DNA from: Candidatus Micrarchaeia archaeon
Lineage (GTDB): Archaea > Micrarchaeota > Micrarchaeia > Burarchaeales > JACRGF01
Length of the DNA: 35,330 nt
Assembly (NCBI GenBank): GCA_038870455.1
Contig: JAWCPB010000008.1
Coordinates: forward strand, 1 to 35,330
Reading direction: 5' to 3'
Shown: positions 25,207 to 34,290 of the stretch, piece after piece
Position numbering within the stretch: position 1 is the stretch's first letter
Layout: the number at the start of each line of letters is the position of its first letter
Notes under the pieces: generated by a model
Databases searched by the model: none
The model's input: only the letters and a program-made list of their open reading frames with translations
Told to the model about the DNA's origin: nothing
Position numbers and translations under genes: made by a program

Positions 25207-26343
25207 ATGCAAAAGGCGCTCGTCGGCGCGCTCGCCCTCGCGCTGCTTCTCTTCGGCTGCGTCAAGCCAGAGGATGTGCTGTACCGTTACCTCACCGCGC
25301 CCTCTCCAAACGCCACCGCTCCAGCCCAGGCCAATGCCTCCACGCCCGTCTCGTGCATTGCAAAGGGCTTCATCGCGCCTGCCGGAAGGTCCTGCTGCGC
25401 CGGCCTCTCTCCCTTAACTCCGGTCGGCGGAGGGCTTCGGAGGTGCTGCGAGGCCGGCGAGGTCGCCTCGCTGACAGGCTGCGTTCCTGCCTCCCAGGCG
25501 CCTGCTCCAGGAGCCTGCACCAACATCTGCCCGGACGGCTCCATCCCCTCCGACTACCCGGCCTGCACCTGCCCACAGCCCTCTTCATGCGGCAGTGAGC
25601 GTGAGGCGTGCGCGAGCGGCGCCGACTGCTGCGCCGGCCTGCACTGTGCGGTGAATGCTGAAGCAAGCCTGTCGGCCTGCTGCCCGGCCGGACAGTGCAT
25701 CACCACAAGCGGTTGCGTGGCAAACGGCACGCTCATCCGCAACGACACGGCCAACGCGCTCCTGACGGTCTGCGAGAACGGCGCCATCGCATCCAAGCCC
25801 TACGCCTGCGGCGGGGAAAACGCCTCGTGCGACGCTCAGCCGTGCTGCGGCTCCCTCGCCTGCCGCTCCTACCTCGTCCAAGGCGGGATAGGGGGCTCTT
25901 CGTACACGCTCAAGAAATGCTGCGGGCCAGCCGACTGCCTCGGGCCTGTGGGCGGCGGGCTGTACGGCTGCATCCCCCACGCCGCGCTCGTGCTCAACAA
26001 CCTGTGCGACAACGGCGTGCTCGAGCACATCCCGCTGCGCGTGGCGAACGCCACTCTCTCGAGCGTGACCGATTCCTGCGAGCTTGTCGTCTATGTCTAT
26101 TACAATCTCGAGCTCGATCCAAACAGCGCGCGCAAGGCGGACAACTACAGGATAAGCGGCGACCTGAACGTCACATCAACCGGCAGCATCGGCCGCAGCG
26201 GCGTCTTCCTGCGCATCGCCGGCGACTGGGCCGCGGCGACCAACTACACCATCACGATAAACAACGTGAGGGACAGCACGGACGTTGAGATAAGGCCGGA
26301 CACCACCGCGACCTTCGAAACGCCGACCTTCAGGGGCTGTTAG
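25207..26343 (+). CDS. Cys-rich surface lipoprotein with C-terminal Ig-like domain
   Basis: Lipobox LLLFGC, 33 Cys in repeated CC-containing modules, C-terminus NYTITINNVRD (Big-like). Confidence 0.7.
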   Translation: MQKALVGALALALLLFGCVKPEDVLYRYLTAPSPNATAPAQANASTPVSCIAKGFIAPAGRSCCAGLSPLTPVGGGLRRCCEAGEVASLTGCVPASQAPAPGACTNICPDGSIPSDYPACTCPQPSSCGSEREACASGADCCAGLHCAVNAEASLSACCPAGQCITTSGCVANGTLIRNDTANALLTVCENGAIASKPYACGGENASCDAQPCCGSLACRSYLVQGGIGGSSYTLKKCCGPADCLGPVGGGLYGCIPHAALVLNNLCDNGVLEHIPLRVANATLSSVTDSCELVVYVYYNLELDPNSARKADNYRISGDLNVTSTGSIGRSGVFLRIAGDWAAATNYTITINNVRDSTDVEIRPDTTATFETPTFRGC

Positions 26344-27700
26344 GCCGCACCCCTCCAACCCTAACTCCTCTTATCCTGATATGCGGCCCTCCGTCGCTTA
26401 CCGGCACGCTCTGGCCCGCCTTTCCGCACATGCCCGGAGAGAAGGCGAAGTCGCTCGCCACCGCATCGACTTTCCTGAGCGTCTCAAGTATCATCCCCGT
26501 CAGCAGGACGTCCCTCACAACGCCCTTTATTTCCCCTTTCTCCACCACGAACCCTTCCTCCGCAGCAAAAACGTACGTTCCGTTCTTTGGGATGACCTGC
26601 CCCCCGCGCATTCCCTTCACACACAGCGCGCTCTTCACTTCAAAAATTTCCTCTTTCTTCATTTCCCCCCTTTCAAAAAAAGTGTTGCTCATGCGCACGA
26701 TGGGAGCGTTCGCGTACCCCATGGCGCGCGCGTTGCCCGTGCTGCGCACGCCGAATTTCGCCGCGGTTTCCCTCGAATGCAGGAAACCACGCAGCACCCC
26801 TTTTTCCACGAGCACCTTCCGCCTCGCTCTCGTTCCCTCGTCGTCGAAAGCATACCCGCCGAACGCGCGCGGAAGGGCCGGATCGTCGATGATGGTTATG
26901 CAGTCCGCCGCAATCTTTTTGCCAACCATTCCCTCGAGTATGCTGTCGCCGGCCATCACGCCGTCTGCCTCGCAGGCGTGCCCCACGGCCTCGTGCGCCA
27001 TGACGCCCGCCATCTCGCCATCCACAATGACCGTATAAACGCCTGCCTTCACTCTGGGCGCGGACAGCGCGCGCAAGGCCTTTTCCGCAGCGCGCGAAGC
27101 CTTCTCGAACAGCCCGCCCACAGCCTCCCACCCGCCTCTTTCTCCGACTCTCTCGCTTCCGGAGCCCATCTCGCCTCCCTTTCTTGCGATTGCATTCAGG
27201 CTGGCATACACCCTCGCGGCCTCTTCAACAACCTCGCAGCCTTCGCTGTTCAAAAAAACTTTCTCCTGTAATCCGTCCGAGTAGCTCACCGCGGTGTTCG
27301 TTATGCCGGGCACGCGCAGGAGCTTTTCGGCCTCGCGCAGTTCAGCGGCCTTGTCCTCCACATCCATCTCAACAAAACTTTTTTTCCACCTCGCCTTCGT
27401 TCTCCCCTTTTCCGCCTTCTCCTCGCTCAGCCCGCTCTCCCCCTCGCCTGCCTTGGCCAGCCTCACAGCGCGCCTGAACGCCTCTTCCAGCTTGTTCTCC
27501 CGGTTCGCTGACGCAAACCCCCACGAGCCGTTTGCCAGCACGCGGAAGGAAAAACCGAAACCCTCCCCCTCCTCGACCTCCACCTCGCCGTCCTTCAGCG
27601 TTATTCTCGCAAAGGGGCCCCTCACCAGGCGGAAGTCGCAGTACTCCGCGCCCGCCCGCTCGACCAGCCTCCTCGCCCTGTCAACCACCACGCCAAGCAA
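26330..27700 (-). CDS. tldD: TldD metalloprotease
   Basis: RVLANGSWGFA, HEAVGH (HExxxH), FDDEGT, VRMSNT and CGKAGQSVPVSDGGP; the start may be GTG 27691. Confidence 0.92.
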   Translation of the reverse strand: MLGVVVDRARRLVERAGAEYCDFRLVRGPFARITLKDGEVEVEEGEGFGFSFRVLANGSWGFASANRENKLEEAFRRAVRLAKAGEGESGLSEEKAEKGRTKARWKKSFVEMDVEDKAAELREAEKLLRVPGITNTAVSYSDGLQEKVFLNSEGCEVVEEAARVYASLNAIARKGGEMGSGSERVGERGGWEAVGGLFEKASRAAEKALRALSAPRVKAGVYTVIVDGEMAGVMAHEAVGHACEADGVMAGDSILEGMVGKKIAADCITIIDDPALPRAFGGYAFDDEGTRARRKVLVEKGVLRGFLHSRETAAKFGVRSTGNARAMGYANAPIVRMSNTFFERGEMKKEEIFEVKSALCVKGMRGGQVIPKNGTYVFAAEEGFVVEKGEIKGVVRDVLLTGMILETLRKVDAVASDFAFSPGMCGKAGQSVPVSDGGPHIRIRGVRVGGVRPNSP

Positions 27701-27734
27701 ATGGGTTTAAAACAATTAAAAAAACAATTACGTC

Positions 27735-28619
27735 ATGACAATTCGGCTGGTTTTTCTGGGGACATCGGCCGCGGTTCCGTCGCCTGCGCGCAACCCCAGC
27801 GCGCTGGCCCTCAAGGTGGAGGGCGACGTTTTTCTCTTCGACTGCGCCGAGGGCACCCAGCGCCAGATGATGAGGAACAACGTCAGCTACGCGAAAGTCA
27901 AGGCCATCCTCATCACCCACCACCACGCCGACCATTTTCTCGGAATACCCGGCCTCGTCTATACGCTTTCGCTTAACGGCAGGAAGGAACCGCTGTTCGT
28001 CTTCGGTCCCAGGGGAACGAGCGCGCTCATCGACGCGCTGCTTAAGGTGGAGGGGCGGGAGTTCGTGCAGGCGCGGGACATTGACGAGCACTTCGTCTAT
28101 CGGGGGGAGGGTTTTGCCATCCGCGCCTTTCCCACGAGCCATTCACGGGGCTCCCTCGGCTTCGTCTTCGAGGAGAACGAGCGCAGGCGCTTCGACAAGG
28201 CCAAGGCCGACGCCGCCGGCCTCAAGGGAAGGATGTTCACCGACTTGGAGAAGAAGGGCGAGCTGACCGTGAAGGGAAAGAGGGTGAGGTACGAGGAGGT
28301 CACTTACCCTGTGAAGGGCAAGAAAATCGTCTATACGGGCGACACGCTCGCGTGCGAGGAAGTCGTCGAGGCCGCGCGAGACGCAGACATCCTCATCCAC
28401 GATGCGACCTTCTCTTCAGACATGAAGGAGGAAGCTCTGGAGAAGAAGCACGCCACCGCAAGGGATGCCGCCGCCGCAGCCAGGCGCGCGGGTGTGCGGC
28501 GCCTCATCCTCACGCACATCAGCAACCGCTACGACGACGCCAAGCCCCTGCTCGACGAGGCGAAAGCCGTTTTTGAGAACACCGAGGTTGCTTTTGACGG
28601 AATGGAGGTGCTGCTCTGA
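27735..28619 (+). CDS. rnz: ribonuclease Z
   Basis: FLGTSAAVPSPARN, FDCAEGTQ, THHHADHFLG, exosite, YTGDT, HDATF and LTHISNRY. Confidence 0.95.
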   Translation: MTIRLVFLGTSAAVPSPARNPSALALKVEGDVFLFDCAEGTQRQMMRNNVSYAKVKAILITHHHADHFLGIPGLVYTLSLNGRKEPLFVFGPRGTSALIDALLKVEGREFVQARDIDEHFVYRGEGFAIRAFPTSHSRGSLGFVFEENERRRFDKAKADAAGLKGRMFTDLEKKGELTVKGKRVRYEEVTYPVKGKKIVYTGDTLACEEVVEAARDADILIHDATFSSDMKEEALEKKHATARDAAAAARRAGVRRLILTHISNRYDDAKPLLDEAKAVFENTEVAFDGMEVLL

Positions 28620-28634
28620 GCGCAAAGCTTTTAA

Positions 28635-28672
28635 TGGTTTCAAAATAGAACATTTGTTCTATAATGAAACCA
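28635..28672. promoter_or_regulatory. 38-bp imperfect palindrome, probable autorepression operator of the TA operon
   Basis: TGGTTTCA-aa-ATAGAACA-tt-TGTTCTAT-aa-TGAAACCA overlapping the ATG at 28664. Confidence 0.65.
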
Positions 28673-29245
28673 ATTGTTCTACAAAAATACCGTTTGTTCG
28701 AAACTGAAACCGCAAGGCAGCGGGTTCTCAGCACGCTATTACTCTCGCCCAATGAGGAATTCAGCCTCACAGAATTGGCGGATATAAGCAAAGTTTCAAA
28801 AAGTTCGGCTAGCCGGGCTGTTGAAGTCTTGAGGCGGGAAGGCGTGCTTGAAGTGATGGAGGCCAGAATTGTCTGGAGGATAAAGGCAAACACGCAAAGC
28901 TGGGCGTACCTGAGGGAGAAAATCCCGTTCAACCTCTCCCTCATCTACCGGAGCGGGCTTGTTGATTTTTTGGTTAGAAAATTTAATACGCCAAGGGCGA
29001 TCGTCCTTTTCGGCAGCTTTCGCCAAGGGCAGGATCTCGGCGGCTCCGATATAGACATCGCTATTCAGAGCAATGAAGTTGCCGAGCTTACTGTATTACA
29101 ACTGCCCGAGCTTAAGCCTCTTGAAGCACAAATAAAGAGGCCAATAAAAATCTATTTGTTCAACCCGCGCAACATCGACCTCAATCTTTTCAACAGCATT
29201 GCAAACGGCATCGTGCTGTACGGGTTTCTGGAGGTCAGGCCGTGA
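28664..29245 (+). CDS. HTH + minimal nucleotidyltransferase (MNT) antitoxin
   Basis: HTH SLTELADISKVSKSSASRAVEVL and MNT motif LFGSFRQGQDLGGSDIDI. Confidence 0.85.
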   Translation: MKPIVLQKYRLFETETARQRVLSTLLLSPNEEFSLTELADISKVSKSSASRAVEVLRREGVLEVMEARIVWRIKANTQSWAYLREKIPFNLSLIYRSGLVDFLVRKFNTPRAIVLFGSFRQGQDLGGSDIDIAIQSNEVAELTVLQLPELKPLEAQIKRPIKIYLFNPRNIDLNLFNSIANGIVLYGFLEVRP

Positions 29246-29676
29246 AGGAAGCGCATGTGCGGGAATTGCTGAAAGCCGGCCTTCTCAGGCCGCGCGGCAA
29301 GGACATCTCGCGCGCTCGGTCGCTCGTTGAGGCGGCAGAGAAAATCTCTGGCGTGGTGGCATCGATGCGCGTCACCGAGAACTCGGCCACCGTGGTGTTC
29401 CGCGAGCTGTACGAGTGCCTCCGGCAGCTGGGGGACGCGAAGTGGTGGCTGCTGGGTTACGAGAGCCTGTCGCACGAAGCAAGCATGCGCATCCTCATGG
29501 AGGAGGACATCAGGAACAAAGTGAAGCTGAATCATCTCGACAGGTTCAGGCACATCCGCAACGACGCGAACTACCGGGGCTACCTCATCTCAGTCTCCAA
29601 CGCGATCGAAATGCGCGACTTCTGGAACTTGTGCGGAAAAGAGCTGCTTGGAAACTTAAAGCGCGCGGTTCGCTAA
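29242..29676 (+). CDS. HEPN-domain protein (putative toxin partner)
   Basis: GTGA overlap with the MNT gene; helical, with GYESLSHEA and DRFRHIRNDANY. Confidence 0.72.
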   Translation: MKEAHVRELLKAGLLRPRGKDISRARSLVEAAEKISGVVASMRVTENSATVVFRELYECLRQLGDAKWWLLGYESLSHEASMRILMEEDIRNKVKLNHLDRFRHIRNDANYRGYLISVSNAIEMRDFWNLCGKELLGNLKRAVR

Positions 29677-30341
29677 AACTCAACAGTCTGCCCGGACCGT
29701 AGAATGATAACGCGCTTCTTCTGCCCCTTCGCCCAGCTTTTCAGCTCGGGCTGTGCTATCCAGTCGAAAGTGTCGTAGTGCATGGGCACAACGAAACCGC
29801 ACCGCATTCCCCAAATCGCCTTGCCAGCCTCGAGCGCGTCCATCGTATAGCTCCCGCCAACAGGCAGAATTGCCACATCGCACGCTATGTCGGCCATTTC
29901 CCGATACTCGTAGGTGTCCCCCGCGTGATACACCGACTTCCCGCCTTTCCTCACTACGAACCCGACCGGGTAAGCGCTCTGCGGATGCAGCGCCTTCACA
30001 ACCTCGATCTCCACCCCCTTCACCTCGAACTTGTCTCCGGTCCGGACGTCCACCTTAAAGCGCTCAGGAAGCTCGAGGCGGGCGAGAGCCGGCTTGGGCC
30101 CCACGACCACAGCGCCGGTGCGCTGGGCGATGGCCTCGACAGCGGCCTTGTCGCAGTGGTCGTCGTGCTCGTGGCTGACGAGAATGAGGTCACACCTCTT
30201 TATGTCAGCCTCTTCCCTCGCGGGCGGAAGGGCGCGCGGCCTTCCCGCGATGGTCTGGCCGAAGAACGGGTCGAACAGGATGAGCGTGCCGTCCAGCTCG
30301 AGCTCGAAACTCGAGTGGCCGATGAACGCAAGCCTCGCCAT
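29673..30341 (-). CDS. metallo-beta-lactamase fold hydrolase (UPF0173/UlaG-like)
   Basis: IGHSSF, FDPFF, SHEHDDH, YHAGDT, LPVGGSYTM and PMHYDTF; ATG at 30341. Confidence 0.88.
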   Translation of the reverse strand: MARLAFIGHSSFELELDGTLILFDPFFGQTIAGRPRALPPAREEADIKRCDLILVSHEHDDHCDKAAVEAIAQRTGAVVVGPKPALARLELPERFKVDVRTGDKFEVKGVEIEVVKALHPQSAYPVGFVVRKGGKSVYHAGDTYEYREMADIACDVAILPVGGSYTMDALEAGKAIWGMRCGFVVPMHYDTFDWIAQPELKSWAKGQKKRVIILRSGQTVEF

Positions 30342-30410
30342 GCCAATCGCCTGGTCGCGCCTGCACTCTCTCGCCTCATGTTTAAATACCTTCATTCCCG
30401 AAAATCCAGC

Positions 30411-31226
30411 ATGAGGGTTGTTGCCTTTCTCCTCCTCGCCTCGCTAGCCGCGCTCGCGGCCGCCGGGTTTTCCTTCTCCTCCCTCTCCGTGACCATCTTT
30501 GCGAGGCCCGATGGCAGCGCGCACGTGAGCGAGGACATCCGCATCTTCATTGACGACCGCCCCAGCATAGAGATTTATGACGCGGGCATCGCCATCACCA
30601 ACGACATCACCTCGTGGAAGGTGAGGACGAACATCAGCGAGGTGCGCCATCACGTGGACCGCCAGCTCGTTGATGTGCGGAACATCATCGTGCGCCCCCA
30701 GCCGCGCGACACGTGCAACTCCTTCCTCGGAACCTGCTATGCCACGATAAAGATGGAGTACGACGCCTATCCCTTCATTGAGAATGGCATAGCCATCCCC
30801 GGCACGGGCCTCTTCACTGCCTCCCGCTACAAGCCCAGGACGACCAACTACTCGCTGAACGCGCGCGCCCTGTCCTTCGAGACCACCAAGACCGGCGAAA
30901 TCGTGCTGCTCGACAACCAGGTGCTCGTCATAAGAATCCCGCCTGAGAGCGTCGTGACTTACATCGATCCTCTCCCGGAGGCGATGCGCGAGCGCACCAC
31001 GCCATTCACCGGTGTGTCATCCTTCACTTGGAGGGGCCGCACCACGCTCGCGGACTTCCAGCTGCGGTACCAGATCGAGCAGCCGCTGAGAGAGGAGGTC
31101 ATCGAGTTCTTCTCCTCGCTCGAGGGGCGCGCCCGTGCGCTGCTCTTCTCTGCCGAGGGCGCCGCGCTCGTCGTGCTCGTGGTCGTCGCCGTCGTTTCCT
31201 GGGCTCTCCTGCGGAGGAGGGAATGA
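30411..31226 (+). CDS. exported protein with signal peptide and C-terminal TM anchor
   Basis: MRVVAFLLLASLAALAAA signal; C-terminal AALVVLVVVAVVSWALLRRRE; TATA TTTAAATA at 30381-30388. Confidence 0.7.
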   Translation: MRVVAFLLLASLAALAAAGFSFSSLSVTIFARPDGSAHVSEDIRIFIDDRPSIEIYDAGIAITNDITSWKVRTNISEVRHHVDRQLVDVRNIIVRPQPRDTCNSFLGTCYATIKMEYDAYPFIENGIAIPGTGLFTASRYKPRTTNYSLNARALSFETTKTGEIVLLDNQVLVIRIPPESVVTYIDPLPEAMRERTTPFTGVSSFTWRGRTTLADFQLRYQIEQPLREEVIEFFSSLEGRARALLFSAEGAALVVLVVVAVVSWALLRRRE

Positions 31227-32692
31227 TGCACCCTCATGAGAGGCTTGTGCTCAAGGCGCTTGCAAAGGGAGAGTGGCTCGACCTCGACGCGCTTGCCGAA
31301 ATAACTTTCATTCCTCATGACGCCGTGCGCAGGGCCCTCCACCTCCTGGAGGAAAAGGGGCTCATCGAGCTGAAGGAAACCGAGAAGGGCGAGCTCGTTC
31401 CGAGCGATGAGGGCATCCGTTTCGCGAACGAAAAATTCCCCGAACAGCATGTGCTCGAAAAGGCTGCCGGCGGAGTGCCGGTCGAGTCCCTCTCCGCAGA
31501 GGAAAAACGCGTCGGCATTCCGTGGGCTGTCTCCCAGCGGTGGGTGGAGTTCGCGGAGCGGGAGGGCAAGAAAATCCTCCTGGCCACTCCGGCCGGAAAG
31601 CGCGTGCTGGCGGAGGGCTATCCGCTTCACAGGGCGCTAACAAAAATCCTGGAAGGCAGGGAACCCGACGACCCCGACGCGCTCGCAGCTCTAAAAAACC
31701 GCGGCCTTGTGGTGGTGAAAAAAACCTCGCTTCTCTCCGCCCAAGCCACCGCAGAGGGAAGGCACACCGCCAAAACGCTTGAGGCGGGCGCCGAAGAGGT
31801 CCGCGTGCTCACCAGGGAGCTCATCGCGAGCGGCGGCTGGCAGAAGGTGCGCCTTCAAGCGTACGACGTGGCCGCGCCTGCGGAAAAAGTCTTCCCGGGC
31901 AAGCCGCACCCGCTCGCGCTCTTCATGAATAGGGTAAGGCGCGTCTTCCTCGAGCTGGGGTTCGAGGAGATGGCCGGCCCATGCGTGGAGAGCGCCTTCT
32001 GGAACTTTGATGCGCTGTTCCAGCCACAGGACCATCCCGCCCGCGAGCTGCACGACACATTTTACCTGAAACGGCCCGCCAGGCTCGCCCTTCCAGAGCG
32101 CTCGCTCGTCAAACGCGTGAAGAACGCCCACGAAAAGGGATGGCGGTATGCATGGGACGAGGCGGTCGCTTCGCAGGCCGTGCTGCGCACCCACACCACT
32201 GCTGTCAGCGCGCGCTACCTGGCTGATATGCGCGCCGGCAGGCGCTCTCCGGGCAAGTACTTTGCCATAGGCCGCGTTTTCCGCAACGAGGCCACTGACT
32301 TCAAGCACCTCGCCGAGTTCCACCAGGTTGAGGGCATCGTCGCATGGGAGGGCGCGAGCTTCCGCCACCTCCTCGGCCTGCTCAAGGAATTCTATGCCAA
32401 GCTGGGCTTTGAAAAGGTGCGCTTCCGACCCCATTATTTTCCTTACACAGAGCCTTCGCTCGAGATAGAGGCCTTCTTCAAGGAAAAAAACGCCTGGGTG
32501 GAGCTCGGAGGCGCCGGCATTTTCAGGCCAGAGGTCTGCCTTCCCCTCTGGGGAAAATACCCCGTGCTCGCGTGGGGCCTTTCGCTCGAGCGTCCGGTCA
32601 TGCTCCTCACAGGCTTGCAGGACATCCGCACGTTTTACAGGAACGACCTCGGCTGGCTGCGTTCCTATCGCGAGGCTGGGCCATGGCAGTGA
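31223..32692 (+). CDS. pheS: phenylalanine--tRNA ligase alpha subunit (archaeal type)
   Basis: FWNFDALFQPQDHPARELHDTF, LRTHTT, FRNEATDFKHLAEFHQVEG, FPYTEPS and AWGLSLER. Confidence 0.96.
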   Translation: MMHPHERLVLKALAKGEWLDLDALAEITFIPHDAVRRALHLLEEKGLIELKETEKGELVPSDEGIRFANEKFPEQHVLEKAAGGVPVESLSAEEKRVGIPWAVSQRWVEFAEREGKKILLATPAGKRVLAEGYPLHRALTKILEGREPDDPDALAALKNRGLVVVKKTSLLSAQATAEGRHTAKTLEAGAEEVRVLTRELIASGGWQKVRLQAYDVAAPAEKVFPGKPHPLALFMNRVRRVFLELGFEEMAGPCVESAFWNFDALFQPQDHPARELHDTFYLKRPARLALPERSLVKRVKNAHEKGWRYAWDEAVASQAVLRTHTTAVSARYLADMRAGRRSPGKYFAIGRVFRNEATDFKHLAEFHQVEGIVAWEGASFRHLLGLLKEFYAKLGFEKVRFRPHYFPYTEPSLEIEAFFKEKNAWVELGGAGIFRPEVCLPLWGKYPVLAWGLSLERPVMLLTGLQDIRTFYRNDLGWLRSYREAGPWQ

Positions 32693-34290
32693 CGAAATTC
32701 AGCATCGGGGAGCTCGAGCGCTTTGCCCTCCAGCGCTTTCGCCGAGAGCGGCTCGTCGAGCTCATCGAGCGCCTTGGCTTTCCTGTGGAAGGCTTTGAGG
32801 AAGGGTGCGTGCTGGCGGACATCACGCCCAACCGCATCGACGCGGCCAGTCCCGAAGGCCTGGGCAGGGCGCTCGCTTCGCTGACGGGAAAAAAGACCGG
32901 CATGCGCGATTACACCACAAAGCCCAGCGGCCTATCCCTCACCATACACCCCAGCGTGCTCTCTGTCCGTCCCTTCATTGTCGCTGCCGTGGCGCGCCTG
33001 CCTCTCGGGGAGGCCGGTCTGCTCTCGCTCATCGGCCTGCAGGAAAAAATTCACGACACTTTCGGCCGCCGGAGGAGAAAGGCGAGCATAGGCATTCACG
33101 ATCTGGACAAGACAAAGCCGCCTTTTGCCTACAGGGCGCTGGCGGGCGATGCCATCTCTTTCCTGCCTCTTGACTCAGCAAGGGAGATGACGCCCGCCCA
33201 AGTCCTCACCGAGCATCCAAAAGGAAGGGAATACGGGCACATTCTTGAAAGAAAGAAGCTACTCCCACTAGTGCTAGATGCGCAGGGGCCCATCTCCTTC
33301 CCTCCAATCATCAACGCCGAGCGCACGCGCGTGACAGAAAAAACCACCAACCTCTTCATAGAGGCCACGGGCACCTCGCCCGAGGCCGTCAGCGAGGCAC
33401 TCAACATCATCTGTTGCGCGCTGGCAGAGCGCGGCGCGGCCATTGAGAGCGTGAGGTGCGGAAAAAAACTCACCCCCCAGCTGAAACCAACAAAGCGCAC
33501 GCTTTCCCTCGCCACAGTGAACTCCGTGCTGGGCACGAGCCTCACCGCAGCGCGCGGGGCCAGCCTGCTGGCCCGCATGGGCTTCGGCGCGAAGCCCCGC
33601 GGAAAATCCCTGGAAGTGCTCGTTCCGCCCTACCGCACCGACATCCTTCACGAGATCGACTTTGTCGAGGACATCGCCATCGCGCTGGGCTATGATTCGC
33701 CTGAACTGTCGCCTCGCCTGCCCGGCCTCCTCACTATTGGAAGGAGCGCTCAAAGCCCGCTTGAAGAAACCGCGCGCCGGACGCTCATCGGCCTCGGCTT
33801 TCTCGAAACCATAAGCAGCACGCTCTCCTCCCACAGGACGAACTTCGACCTCCTCCTTCTTCCCCACGGGCCAGCCTGCGAGCTGCTCAATCCCTTGACG
33901 GAAGACTACTCCCTGTTGCGCACGCACCTCCTTCCCTCCCTCCTCCTCGTCTTCCAGAGCGCCAAGAGCGAAAAGGCTCCTCAGAGGATTTTTGAGCTCG
34001 GGCCTGTCTTCGACGCGCAGGGAGGGGAGCACGCAAGGCTGGCGGCCGCCGAGCTTGATGCCGCGGCCGGCTATGCACGCCTCCGTGCTGCCGCGGACGC
34101 GCTTTTCGCCGAGCTCGGCTGGGAGGTTGCATACAAGCCAGCGGCTCACCAGACCTTCATCCCCGGCAGGGTGGCAAAAATACTCCTCGGAAAAAGAGAG
34201 CTCGGCTTCATCGGCGAGCTCCATCCCCAAGTGCTGAACAACTTCGGCCTCGAACAGCCCGTTGCGGCATTTGAAATAGCCCTAGCCTAA
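32683..34290 (+). CDS. pheT: phenylalanine--tRNA ligase beta subunit (archaeal type)
   Basis: ITPNRID, LQEKIH...RRRKASIGIHDLDK, SFPPIIN, PPYRTDILHEIDFVEDIAI and GELHPQVLNNFGL. Confidence 0.95.
   Translation: MAVTKFSIGELERFALQRFRRERLVELIERLGFPVEGFEEGCVLADITPNRIDAASPEGLGRALASLTGKKTGMRDYTTKPSGLSLTIHPSVLSVRPFIVAAVARLPLGEAGLLSLIGLQEKIHDTFGRRRRKASIGIHDLDKTKPPFAYRALAGDAISFLPLDSAREMTPAQVLTEHPKGREYGHILERKKLLPLVLDAQGPISFPPIINAERTRVTEKTTNLFIEATGTSPEAVSEALNIICCALAERGAAIESVRCGKKLTPQLKPTKRTLSLATVNSVLGTSLTAARGASLLARMGFGAKPRGKSLEVLVPPYRTDILHEIDFVEDIAIALGYDSPELSPRLPGLLTIGRSAQSPLEETARRTLIGLGFLETISSTLSSHRTNFDLLLLPHGPACELLNPLTEDYSLLRTHLLPSLLLVFQSAKSEKAPQRIFELGPVFDAQGGEHARLAAAELDAAAGYARLRAAADALFAELGWEVAYKPAAHQTFIPGRVAKILLGKRELGFIGELHPQVLNNFGLEQPVAAFEIALA

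Noticed and set aside
29778-30410. Long N-terminal extensions in the ORF track (29778, 31028, 32572, 15789, 13352, 25265)
   Set aside because: They overlap neighbouring genes or the RNA; downstream ATGs fit signal peptides, family N-termini and stop/start coupling
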